Part shown: positions 1-12,600 of the stretch, piece by piece | Numbering within the stretch: position 1 is the stretch's first letter | Layout: every line of letters starts with the position of its first letter | Assembly (NCBI GenBank): GCA_050084985.1 | Contig: JBITNC010000001.1 | Coordinates: 176,514,001 to 176,578,000 of the forward strand | DNA: 64,000 nucleotides | DNA from: Nageia nagi | Taxonomy: Eukaryota; Plantae; Pinophyta | Direction of reading: 5' to 3' | Program-made: the position numbers and the translations under genes | Notes under the pieces: generated by a model | The model's database searches: none | What the model was told of the DNA's origin: nothing | What the model saw: the letters and a program-made list of their open reading frames with translations, nothing else

Positions 1-1207
1 AACCCATAACTTTCACATCCTGACATTTCATAAACAGAAGACAATCTGATTACAACCTGAAAATCCTGCTGAAGCACATCAATTAATTATTCCACCAAAT
101 CCCACTCAATTGTTTCAATGGGGAACAAGAACAATTTATTTGGTTTATCTCATACTTATCAACAAAATCATACCCTGGATTTTTGATGATCCCATTTGCC
201 AATAAAGTATGCATAACTTCCTACTCATTCCAGATTGAATATGGAACATTATTAGTGATTCACAAATGTCAGTTACAGGTCTAGGAATACAATGCACATA
301 TTTCAACCATGCTCAATGGTGTAAAAACTCTGGAATTAAATTTTTTATCTTGATTTCAGAAATAGCTAACTATTTCTTCCTGAGTTCCCTTATACATAAA
401 AAAGTACCATAAAGGTTACCATGTAAATGTGTTGGTAAAAACTTGAAAAGACACCTTCAAGATGGCTTATAGTGAAATCTAGTATTGCAGGATCTCAATA
501 TATGATCAATACCCATTTGAAAATTCAACATTTAAGATGTCTATAATTGAATCTATCAGAATTGGAGAATTCAATATTTTAAGAGGTCTATAATTGAAAC
601 TATGAATTGTTATTTAAAGAGAACAAGTTAAGGGCAGAAAAACCACAATTACACTTTAACAACAGTATCTTCGATAGCAAATAAATATGAAGCCTGAGGA
701 AGGAGTATTAAAGCCAAAGAATACTAAACACAGGCTTGTTTAGACATGACATAATGACACGATGATGGCCACCCCATAAAGGTGTTGTTGGCCAAGATAA
801 ATCTACAGAAGCTTGAGAATCAGCTATGATGCTGTAGACACAAAATAAATGAAAAATGGATTAAACATGCACATTTATTATGTCTATGGAAGGAAAGTAG
901 ATTAATTGCTAATATGCGGTATAGGATGTAGGAACTAGAATTCTGCAAATTTGACAAGAGAAGATACGAAGAACTTATCTAGATGATAGAGGGCTGGAAA
1001 CTTGTTGGTGGACAGATTGTGATCTTGGAGAGCAAATGCTAGTTGCGGCCAAATGATGATGCTAAAAATAATTCTGAAGATGATCTTGTAGATGATTCCA
1101 TCTTGGATAATTCTAGAACTGATATATAAACATTCCAAAACTATTTGCTTCAACAATAAGTGTTGTTGAGGCTCATGACCAAAGCATCCATGTTGTGGGC
1201 CTACAAA

Positions 1208-1396
1208 TGCTAAAATACTAGGCAATCTAGACTTTGGGTGTAAAAATGTTAGGTGTTCTAAGCTCAGGTGCTAAAATGTTGGTCATTCTAACATCCACAT
1301 TATGGGCCTACGATGCTAGAGTACTCAACATTCTAGGTCTAGGTGCCAAAACATTGGTTGTTCCAGGCTTAGATGTTGAAATGTTGGGCATTCTAA
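1208..1396. repeat. Degenerate ~30-bp tandem repeat that resumes at 2511-2551 after the solo LTR
   Basis: Units such as TGTAAAAATGTTAGGTGTTCTAAGCTCAGG and TGCCAAAACATTGGTTGTTCCAGGCTTAGA. Confidence 0.7.
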
Positions 1397-2510
1397 TGAA
1401 ATGTCCCAAATGAATTCCAGTATTGTAAATATTGCATTTTTTTATGTTTTGTGTGTGTTTGTGAGGCTCTAGAAGGGGGACGTCCTTCCTCTTGAATAAG
1501 TTAGAAGTATTTTAATATGTTTGAAAGTGTTTTAGAGGTATTTCAATTAAGTGCTAAAGTATTTAAGTGATATGTTTTATTTTCATAAAGTGACATTATA
1601 ATATGTAAAAAATATTAGTACTTTAATTGAAGCATGTGCTTAAATTACCTTTTAATTCATTGTGGGTCATCCAAGTGGAATATAACAGTGGGGACTTAAT
1701 CTCCAAGATCTAATGGTGGAGACTTATTTTCCAATTAGGATTGCAAGACAATATATATGCAAGAGCTCGTTATTTGCACAAAGGTTAGATTATTATCATT
1801 ATGTTTTGAAGAATATTGAATTGAGCAATATCTTTTGTTGGAAACCCTAGAGGATTCCAAATCCTTTAGAGAATTAGGGCTCGAAAACCCTAGGCTCATT
1901 TCCAAGTGGATGAATCCATTCAGGGTTCATAATTGTGCTTCATTGTGAGAGACAAATCAGATTTCAGTTCTAGATCTGAGAGTTAAAAACACTAGTTTTT
2001 CTACAGCAGCTATATTGAGGAAGTAAAAACAGATTTGTGCACATTTAGACCAGAGGAAAGCTGCCTAGGAAGATCGTCCTAATTTTGGGAACATTTTGGA
2101 GATAGTTTGAGCACTTGTTCAGCCAGATCTAGCCTTGTTTAGCCTAAAGGAGTCTATATCAGGGTTTGGAGCATCATTTTGAATATCAGCCACCCTGGAG
2201 ATAGTTCGCCCTGATTTTGAGAAGCATATTTGATCATTGTTCAGAAGATTTGTTCCCTAGCCCAGGTTGTCCAGCATTGGGAGCTCAGATTTCCACTCTC
2301 AAATAATTTCTATAAAAAGCATTGGATGAGTTTGTGACTGTTTGGGCATATTTTCTGAGTATACCTTGGACTGTACTTTGCTCAAAAATTGAATACTACT
2401 GTTGTTCATCAAAACAGAATTATTGAGTATGGATTTGCCCTAATTTAATTTGATGAATTCAGATTTAAGTGTATAGGGTTTTCTGGGTTATTTCTAGTAG
2501 GTATATTTAA
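1397..2510 (+). mobile_element. Solo LTR (gypsy-type)
   Basis: Starts TGAAATGTCCC; flanks TCTAA/TCCAA (4/5 TSD); splits the 30-bp array; TATA-like tatatat near 1753; 5' end resembles the reverse complement of the 31798 LTR end. Confidence 0.65.
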
Positions 2511-3044
2511 TCCAAGCTTGGGTGCCAAAACATCCAACATTCTAGCTTGGACACTTGCCTTAACCGTGCTTTGCTCCTTCCGCCTCTTGGATGATTTTGA
2601 TGATAATACTATTGCGCTTTTCCTTGGAAGATTTTTGACAATGATAACTCTTTAAGATTGATCATGATATATTCTTTTTATGTCCACATAATATGAAATT
2701 GCACTTCAAAGTATCTTATAAAGGATTAACAAATTGAATTTTGAAATCACCTAGATGTATCCATTTAGAACAATAAGCATAGAAGATAATGCTAATTTAA
2801 AGAAAAGGACTTAACCTTGATTTATCCAAAATAGGTCCAAATTAACATTTCATAAAGTAAATTACTGAAACAAAGTTATTTTAGATAGTTAAAATGCAAT
2901 TGTGTGTCTATAATTTGCCTCTTTCGGGAATGTGATTTAAGGGATAGAACTCAAGATCACATTCTCAAAATGATAAAGGATATAGAATGTTGATGAAGTA
3001 TTGCACTCTTACCCCTAGTGAGGATCTTGCTAATACATATTATG

Positions 3045-3987
3045 CAGGGTTACACAGAAGCAAGCTCCCCATTTTTGGAGGGGTGTTCTCAACAATCGGG
3101 ATCGGACGTGGGAGTGTCTCCTACCTACTCATAATTTGAGAAGCGGCCAGCCAACTCAAAAAAAAAAAAAAATTGCACTTTTCATTTTAACAAAAGTCAT
3201 GGGGTGGGTCCCACTAATGTAGTTGTAGGTTAGTAGTTCATTTACTGCAAAGAGGAATTGGTCCACCTATGGCTTCATCCACAACATGAGGGGGAACAAG
3301 CTTACCCCTAAGAGAGGAAAGAAGCTAGTAGCATTGCATAGCTATCTTTGCCTTCAAGAGAGTGTTAAGCCTAAGTACAAGACTAGTCCAGCTGCACGAC
3401 GAGATATTGATCTGGTGGAGGCAGCTAATCTTGAGGTTGATGATGATGTGCAAGGGTTGGTAGGATTGTCATTGGAGGGTGTCCAGTTGGATGATGAGGG
3501 AAGCTCATCAAATAGCCTTCCTGATGAGGAGGATGATATTGATTACAATCAAGATATATTAGGAGCACATGAGCCCTTAGAGCCATAGTTTGATAGTTGT
3601 GATTTTGGCATTTTGCAACTTTGCTACTATGATTTCAGTACTACTTATTTATCATTTGACTTTTGAGTATTTTTTATTTGAGATTTCATATCTATCCTAA
3701 TGTACTAGATTGATTCAAATTTAATGATATTATGGCATTATGATCATTGATTATGGCTCATTTTGATGTTATGATTCATACTTGATTTATAATTTAAGTT
3801 CCAAGTGTTGTATATATGATTGAATTGATAATAATAATGAATTAGAAACAATAAAATCTAGAATTTTTTACTACTATTATACTAGCCGCTCCCCCTGCCG
3901 TTTTCAGGGCGCTCCCTAAAAATGACCTTAGTCACTCCCTTTCTTGAAAGTACGCTTCCGTCGCTCCCGACTCACTGTGGAACCTTG
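3045..3987 (+). mobile_element. Non-autonomous hAT element retaining the C-terminal dimerisation exon
   Basis: Perfect 8-bp TSD ATATTATG; TIR CAGGGTTACACAG / CTGTGGAACCTTG (11/13); translation AKRNWSTYGFIHNMRGNKL...KLVALHSYL plus an acidic tail (about 3229-3588). Confidence 0.9.
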
Positions 3988-4073
3988 ATATTATGAAAAA
4001 CAGAAAAATAACTTTTGAAAAACATGTAATGATCAAATCTATCATGATTTTGTCCGAGACCTATTCTTACTCT

Positions 4074-4545
4074 AAAGGATAAGAAGGATAGGAAAAAGCT
4101 TGGATGTGCACGTTTTTTTCCAGCAAAGTGAATAGTAGTGAGTGTCCTTTTTGCTTTGGGCTACTTGTCCTAGAACAAGAAACTTGAAGCAAAATATTTG
4201 AAGCCTACAAAATGAAAATAATTGGAAGAGTTTGGTTGCCAGTCCTATATGGTCACGAGGGACATGATAATTCTTAATAGTGATTAGGGACCCCCATTTG
4301 TCAATAATGATGAAACATGAATGATAGTGATCAAGGATGCCCCCCCCCCCCAGACAAACATTGCTCCAAAGGATGAGGATAGGTGAAAGCTTGGATAAGC
4401 ATATGTTTTCCAAGCAAAGTGAATGGTAGGGATTGTCCTTTTTGCTTTGGGCCTACTTGTGAAGAGCTATGTTGGAATAAGAAGCTTGAAGCAAAATATT
4501 TGAAGCCTACAAAATGAAAATACTTGGAAGAGTTTGGTTGCCTAT
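4074..4545. repeat. Direct duplication (~170-bp unit, ~297-bp period)
   Basis: AAGGAT..GGATAGG..AAAGCTTGGAT...GAAGCAAAATATTTGAAGCCTACAAAATGAAAATA.TTGGAAGAGTTTGGTTGCC occurs twice. Confidence 0.8.
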
Positions 4546-4916
4546 CCTAAATCGTAACAATAAAAAATGCAAAAAACATGAACCATAGATAAAACTTGAT
4601 AACTATTCTATAATATTTCAGAGATAAATAATTTCAAAAGATATTTCAAAGCGTGATAATTGCAAAAATGATAATTTCAAAAGATATTTCAAAGCATTAT
4701 AATTGCAAAAATGATCATTTCATAAAAGATACTTTAGGATATGATAATAGTATAAATGATTATTTCAAAAGATATTTCAAAAGTGATATCTTAGGAACAA
4801 GTGCACTTTCAAACAAAGAAAATACAAACAGGATGATCAAAATGGAGATTTATAGTTCAAACACATTCTTGATTTTTTCCAATTTTTTCAAAAGCTAAAT
4901 TGTGAAAATGTCAAAG

Positions 4917-5194
4917 GCACAAAACATTGATTTTTTGGGATGCTTGGTCCTAGAGTGTGTTGGTATACTTTTCTTTCCTACCTCAGCATATAGCTATGAG
5001 AGATAGAATCGAAGAGCATCCTAGCACCTCAAGTGAGGAGGGGTTACTCTCCCCATGCACAAAACATTGATTTTTTGGGATGCTTGGTCCTAGAGTGTGT
5101 TGGTATACTTTTCTTTCCTACCTTAGCATATGGCTATGAGAGATAGAATCGACGAGCATCCTAGCACCTCAAGTGAGGAGGGGTTACTCTCCCC
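4917..5194. repeat. Near-perfect 140-bp tandem duplication
   Basis: 4917-5054 and 5057-5194 differ at only a few positions. Confidence 0.95.
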
Positions 5195-7209
5195 CACTTG
5201 AAGGGACTAATACCTCAAGGTTCTCTTATCTTCGAATGGATAGACTACACACAGTAGTCCTTGAAATACTTGAACTATGGTATGAGAAGAACTTGGAATA
5301 GGTCTCACCAAATGGTAGAGGCAATGATTTTCACCCAAAACAAAATTTGTTTCTGAAAGGACTCAAGAGTTATCTTTGCACTTTGTTCAAAGGTGTTCCT
5401 TGACGTTCGACAAAAGTGAAAAACAAAGAAATGGAAAATTAAGAAAGTGAAAACTAAGCTAGTAAGGATGACACGGGCACTTGTGTTCAGCTCCTAGCTA
5501 TACTCTTTCCACCAGCTTTGCAGAGTTTGGATGCCTTTTCTCTCTAAGTTTGTTAAGATTTCAACATTCATTCATCCACTCCTACAACAAACAACACCAA
5601 TGACATGTATAAGGGAGCTCCGAGGCTATACGCAATTGGAAGAATGATATAAAATAGGATAGATCAAAATGCTATGAATGTTGTTCTTAAGTTAAATGAC
5701 ATAAAGAGAATGATCCAAAATACATAAGCTTGCATACAAACTGTGAGTAATGTCTAACCAAGTAACAATATTAACACTTGACAAGATATTCAATGTTCTT
5801 TCCATAAAAGCTCCAACAATTTTACAAGGAAATGCTCACAAGCATCAATAACATCACAAATTCACAAGTAGACACCAAGCATAAAGCTCAAGCTCACAAT
5901 TCCATTCAATGAAATGAGTAGCAATTCTGAATAAATTATGCCAAAGTTCTACAAAGTTTTTTATATCTTTCAATAGAATAGCTCTCCTCTTGCAAAACAT
6001 TCTATCATCCCCCACCCCCCTTTACAAAATGAGCCCTCTAGGGCTATTTATAATATTCAAAAACCCTAATAGGTGTTGCCCTAATTCACCTAGAATTATG
6101 TGAAAATTTAATGAAATTTCCCCTAATTTGCTTAAATTCAACCCTAATACAAATAAAATTACAAAATAATGTGAATGAAATGAAATATGTTGAAATGTCC
6201 CAAAATGAAAAAGTCTCATTCACTTGTGGGAGCAAAACCTCATCCATCACAAGGTGCAAAATCAACCAAGTCTTAGAAAATAACAAATCCTCCAACAACA
6301 ATGCATCTTGCCAAAGAATTCAAAGGAAGTTGCATGATTCCAACAACATCTTGTTCAAAGTAATCTCCCAAGAATCCTTCAACCTGCATCATGCCCACAT
6401 CAAGCACATCAAAAACATCTTTGCTTTGGATGACCTGCTCCACAATCTGGATTGAAACTTGTCTCATTTGGTGTCTACAAACTAATGACTCTTTCTCATC
6501 TCTAAATGAATGGTTCTAGGGTCTCATATTTGTGACTTAGGTATGGCACATGTTTGTGAACGATGATGAACTTTGTCTTATCAGGAAGATGCGCCTAAGA
6601 GAGGGAAGCATAGCGCAAGTGTTTTGAAGTGGAGTGACTTCAGAGGGGTGTCTCCTAAGAGGTATCCTGCATGGTGTATATCTTAAGGGAGACACTATCA
6701 TCAAGACAAATGTGGAATGGGACACCATGGCGCACATCTTGAGAATGACTAGGTTTATGTCTACTTCGAATTGTGCACCGAGGTGGGGAGACAACTTTTT
6801 GGTGTAGATGACTCAAGTGAAACGCCAAAGGATGTCTCAAAGATGACTTACCCTTGTCTGGAAGGTAAGGGCATGTGTCTTGTGGGTGAAAAATGTTGTC
6901 TTAGTTGAACCTTGCGCTCAAGAAGGCTAGGTGCAAATCTAGGGAGAGTCATGATGTTTGTCTTGATCCAAATTTGTGCACAAAAGGGAAGATAGGCTTG
7001 TTGCAGATATTCTAGAAGTCATGATGCTTGTCTTACTTGAAATCTACACCAAGAAAGGGGAAGGCATGCCAAGTGCAAGTCTTCAAGAGGTCACCACCCT
7101 TGTCTTGATTTGGATTTTCACCAAGAAGGAAGAGTAAATCTTTGACTTCGCTAAATTTTCAAGGGGCAAGTGCTTTTGTTTCCATCTACCTATCTTCTGG
7201 AGACCAGAT

Positions 7210-7640
7210 GCCAATGAGAAAGACTGGAGGAGGTTGGCCCAGATTTGGGGAGAGTCACCATCTTTGTCTAGGTCCATGTTTGCGCTTGGCAAAGGAGACT
7301 GGTTTTGGGGAGCTTTGAAGGGAGTCAAGAACAGTGTCTCTTGGCAAATTTCCACCTGGAAGGGGAGACTGGCTTGGGGAAGATTTGAAGGGAATCAAGA
7401 ACCTTGTCTCTTGGAAAATTTGCGCCCGGAAGGGGATACTGGCTTGGGGGAGATTTGGAGGTAGGTCAAGAACCTTGTCTCTTGGCAAATCTACACCTGG
7501 AAGGAGAGACTAGCTTGGGGGAGATTTGAAGGTTGTCAAGAACCTTGTCTCGTGGCACATCTGCGCCTGGAAGGAAAGACTAGCTTGGAGGAGATTTGAA
7601 GAGAGTCAAGAACCTTGTCTCCCGAAAAATTTACGCTCGG
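7210..7640. repeat. 70-bp tandem array (6 units) with an internal imperfect palindrome
   Basis: AGATTTG-type anchor (AGCTTTG at 7311) at 7241, 7311, 7381, 7451, 7522, 7592; core AGATTTG..GAGTCAAG-AAC-CTTGTCTC..CAAATCT. Confidence 0.9.
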
Positions 7641-8895
7641 GCTCTAGGGGTGTTGTCATCCTTGGCATTTAGCCAATCTTGCTTCTCTGATCTCCTGTGC
7701 TTGCCATTTGAGGTCTCTAAAAGGCTAGCGCAAATCTTGCAAGGGACATGAATGTTGTCTCCCTGGGAACATATGCCTAGATGAGATTTGTTACTTCATC
7801 ACTCTTCACCTATCCTAAGCTCCAACATCTCTTGGTCATGAGACATTAATCTCTTGGTCATCATACCCAAGCAGGTTTCTCTCACCAAAATTTGTGCATC
7901 CCCAAAATTTGCTGGAATTTAGGGGCATGTTGTGGAGGCCACACTAATAGCTAAAAACAAAACAAACAAACAAACAAAATGAAACAAAGTTAGAAATATA
8001 AAGTAGGATGCATAGCAACATACGTCGTCCTCAGGGTGCAAGCCTTTGTGTCATGTGCCTTTTCTTAACCTAAGCCATTTTCCAACCATTACCCATCACC
8101 ACAGGTTTTGGATTGTTGATTTGACTTCTAATTTGGATAGAGTGTCTTGTGCCAAATGTTTTGACAGGTTACACAACATTGTTTCATCAAGAAACAAATG
8201 AGATATTGCATTTTGAAGTTTTCCTGTAGGACCAATGAATAGGATTCATTATGTACCTTTTAATAATAATGAATTATAATGATGTATTTGTGAGATCTTG
8301 GGATAGAAGATTTATAGGTCCAAGAGACCAATTGTGAGTCCCAATGTGAGAAGTCTCCCTCCTAGAGATAGTTAGGAGTGTTTATTAGCATTATAGATGA
8401 TTGTGGTAACTACTAGGCATGATTGTGTGGATCCCAAGGTAAATCTATGGACTTCTGGATGAGACGCCTAGACTTGCATGATTCCTAGGTGAGATCTAGA
8501 TCTAAGGAAGCCTATATAAAGGAGATTAACATCAGTGAGAGGAGAGCTATTGAATATTCTTGACATTATCACTTCAAGGATTGGTGTGGATTCATCTTTT
8601 GGCCTCTTGTGGACGAAAACTTGCAAGAGAAGGGTTTAGTGGGATGAAAACCTCACTAGATCTGACTAAGGACGGAAACCCTTAGTCTTTGGTGGCATCA
8701 CTTCTATCCTTGCGAAATACCAAGAGATGGGAAGAGCCCTTTCGTGGAGCATCCATCTTGTCTGAGGGAGTGTGCTTTAGTTATTCATTTCTAGATCTAG
8801 GTTTGAGACCCTAGTTCCAAATGTCAGCCTTCAAGAGTGCTTTTGGAGTTGTTGCATGCTAGATTTGGTCTTCTAAGCCAGACATCAAGCCTATT

Positions 8896-9690
8896 TGTGA
8901 TGTTCCTTTTATATTTTTTTTTGTAGAAAACCCTCAACATAAAAATGCAGAGATGAATTGCAGCAATAAAACAACTCAGAAATTGCTCATAAAATAACAC
9001 AAGTATGAGGAGAAATCAACCAGTATCATATATTAAATATTGCCAAACCAATACAACAGCTGGAATGGACAAATAGAGTCCCCAAGGAACTCAAAATGCA
9101 GATACAAACTCCCACAAGTAGGATGAACTAACCCCAAGGCTGAACTGATACAAAAACTCCTCAATATTGACCCCAAATACAAGTATAGGGTTTGGGGCTA
9201 CCAACAGTTCTGAAACACATATCACAAACGCTCCCAAAAATGCCATGAACTTCCCAAACTGAGTGAATCCCTTCACCAAAAATGCCACAAACCACTCACA
9301 GATGCCTCTTTTTGTGTTTTTAATATTTTAGGGCAACAACACCTTCAATGATATTGCCCAGACCCCAACCATGCACCTCCAATGCACTATGGGAATGAGC
9401 AAGACCTACAATATCAACTCAGAAATTCTAGGGAGTTAATATTCAATTCTAATATCAACATAATATGCCCAAAATGGGATGCTCATTTCCTTTTATATGA
9501 TAAGGTTCTAATTTGAAGTTGACATCTCCCAACCCTAAAATCACTTAAAATGCCCTATTACAACATAAAAACATAAAACATAAATAAACACAACTCAAGT
9601 TATGTCTCCTAGTCACATGAAACCCTTTTTTCACTTTTATAATTAAGTGTAGGGTACATTTACAAAAATATTTATTTTTGGGACATTACA
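8896..9690 (-). repeat. 3' LTR of the chromovirus (795 bp)
   Basis: Direct repeat of 14800-15593; adjacent PPT TTTGAGGAGGGTGGACT (minus strand, 9691-9707). Confidence 0.95.
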
Positions 9691-12600
9691 AGTCCACCCT
9701 CCTCAAATTGCTTGTCCTCAAGCAAACTCAAAATTGGAGCATCTAAAATTTTTGCACCTTCCCAAGTAGCATCCTCCATAGGCAAGTCTTTCCACTTCAC
9801 AAGATATTCTTTGATAGTCCTCCACCTAAGCTTTCTCTCCCTTGTCTCAAGAATCAATTCAGGTTCAAGAATGAGCTTTCCTTCTTCATCAAGGGGTGGC
9901 AAATCTGAAGATGGTTGAATATGTTGGCCTAGAGCCTTTTTCAAGCAAGAAATATGAAAAACATTGTGTATCTTACTCTCACTTGGAAGTTCCAAAGCAT
10001 ATGCAACCAATCCAACCTTACTAATCACCTTGTAAGGCCCATAGAACTTGGGTTTTAGCTTCTTTGTTCCACTCTTGTTCAAAGTGGACTATTTGTAAGG
10101 CTGCAATCTAACATAAACCAAGTCATCCACCTCAAATGAGCGCTCACTACACTACTGATTTGCATACTTTTTTTATTGCTTTTGTGCCATAAGAATATTG
10201 TCCTTCAAAGCATTAAGAATATCTTGATTTTTTGCTGCAAAGTCTCTGGCTTTGTGGACCCTTGAATCACCAAAAATCAAATCTAAAAAGTGTGGGGCAT
10301 CATAACCATAAAGTGCCTTGAATGGAGACATTTTTATGGACATATGACAAGTAGAATTGTAGCAATATTCACCAAGGTGCAGCCATTTAACCCATGCATT
10401 TTGTTGCTCTGAAACATAATTTCTCAAATATCCTTTAAGCCATTTATTAACAATTTCAGTTTGCCCATCAGTTTGGGGATGGTAGCTAGAACTAGGAATC
10501 AATTTAGTACCACATAGCTTAAACAATTCCTGCCAAAACATGCTCAAAAATCTGCTGCCCTATCACTCACAATGGATTTAGGCAAATCACGCAATATGAA
10601 AAATTTCTTTAAAAAACAAATCAACAACTTGTATGGCTGTATAAGTTGTTGAAATGGCATAGAAATGAGCAAATTTTGTCAATCTATCAACAACAACAAA
10701 TATGCAATCCCTCATGTATACCTTGGGCAAACAAGTAATGAGATCCATGGAGATACTTTCCCATTTCTGATTGGGAATAGGAAGTGGCTGAAGTAAACCA
10801 ACTAAAAATTCATGTTCTCCCTTGTTTTCTTGGCAAATAATGCATTCCTGAACATGCAAGAAAACATCCTTTTTCAAACCATTCCAATAGAATCTTTCTC
10901 TAACCTGTTTGTAAGTCTTGTAGAAACCTGGATGGCCTACAAGTGGAGCATCATGCATGGTTGTAATTAAAGCTTGTTTCAGCTTTGATTCAGGTACTAA
11001 AAACACTCTTCCTTTGCAAAAAATCAATCCTTTATGGCTGAACTTGTCATCTTCAACTTGCCCATTTATTAGTTTAGAAAAAAAAATCATTCTTCACATA
11101 TTCAGCCATAATTTTTACCTTCCAATCAACAGAAATAATGGAAATAGAATGAAAAGTATGGTGCCTAGAAAGTGCATCAGCAATTGAATTCTTCTTACCC
11201 TTTACAAACTCAATTTCAAAATCATATGATTGCAACTTTGTTACCCATTTTTGTTGCATTTCATTTAGTTCAACTTGCCCCAAGAAATATTTCAAACTAT
11301 TATGATCAATTTTGACCACAAACTTGCCACACACCAAGTATTGCTTGAATTTGGTCAAGGCTTGCATGATAGCTAGCATCTCTTTATCGTAGATGCCGAA
11401 AGTTTTCTCCACATTTGAGAGCTTTCTATTCTCATAGGCAATGGGTGTCCTTGTTGCATAAGTACAGCTCCAACTCCCGCACCTGAAGCATCACAACCAA
11501 TAGTAAAAGCAACAAAAAAATCAGGAATAGCAAGTAAAGGAGTAGAAGTCATTACATCCTTCAACTTTAGAAAAGCTATAAGAACCTCATTGGACCATGA
11601 AAAAGCCCCTTTCTTAGTCAATTTAGTAAGGGGGGTGGCCAAAGAAGAAAACCCCTTAATGAACCTCCTGTAGTAATTGCATAAACTCACAAAACCTCTC
11701 AATTCTGGTAGGTTGGATGGTATAGGCCATCTTTGTACAGCTGAAACTTTAATTTGATAAACTTTCACCCCGTATTTGCAAATAATATTCCCCAAGTACA
11801 AAATTTCAGTCATAGCAAATTCACACTTAGATTCTTTTGCATAAAACTCTTCTTATCCTAAAATGCTCAAAACTGAATCTAGATGTTGTAAATGATCATC
11901 CCAATTTTTGTTATATACCAAAATATCATCAAAAAATACCAAGACAAAGTGCCTCAAATGCTGATTGAAAATTTGATTCATGGCTGATTGAAAAGTGGCA
12001 TGTGCATTACACAATCCAAAAGGTATAACCATAAACTCATAGTGTCCACAATGGCATCTAAATGTTGTTTTATACACATCCTCATCCCTCATACGAATTT
12101 GATGATATCCTAATCTAAGATCAATTTTTGAATAATAAATAGCCCCATGTAACTCATCTATCAATTCATCAACTCTAGGAATAGGATATTTATTTTTTAT
12201 GGTCTTTCTATTCAATGCCCTATAATCAATGCACATTCTTGTGGTTCCCTCCTTTTTCACTAAAACAATAGGTGAAGCAAAAGGACTACAACTAGGTCTA
12301 ATGTGTCCACTCTCAAGCAATTCAACAATTGTTTTCTCAATCTCATCTTTAAAAACCTTTGGATGCCTATAAGGTTTTATCATAATAGGTCTACTATTTG
12401 CTTCCAATTCAATAACATGCTGAAAACCCTTACTAGGTGGCAAACTTTTAGGTAGGTTGGAAAATACCTTAAGATGTTTTTGTAGCAAACCTTGAATTTG
12501 AGGATGATAGGTGGCTGATTTTTTTCCTTCTGTACTCTAAAATTACAGCTGCCCACTCAATGTCCCTATGCCTCATCATTCTCTCCATTCTTTTGCAAGC

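Larger units (their letters stand above)
833..2912 (-). mobile_element. LTR (TGTAGACAC...GTGTCTATA family), interrupted by a solo LTR
   Basis: Inverted termini; purine-rich tract on the minus strand next to the right end (2913-2924); the right part is similar to 26440-27138 and 44780-45529. Confidence 0.55.
4901..7943 (-). mobile_element. ~3-kb long LTR-like element, related to 34865-38038 and 57444-58380
   Basis: TG...CA ends (TSD not clean). Shares TTTTCTTTCCTACCT, AAAATTTGTT...AAGGACTCAA, TTACAAA(A)TGAGCCC...GGGCTAT and the subterminal CCCCAAAAT...GGGGCAT...CACA with the 35-38 kb element. Confidence 0.55.

Noticed and set aside
720-831. Possible further PTST1 exon after an acceptor-like ttttgtgtctacAG at 832
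   Set aside because: No frame resembles CBM48 (no FDGW motif); the apparent acceptor coincides with the LTR terminus TGTAGACAC.
9091-9288. 65-aa ORF present in both LTRs (also 14994-15191)
   Set aside because: Its recurrence only reflects LTR duplication; non-ATG start, no recognisable domain, and the region is largely deleted in the related solo LTR at 32713.
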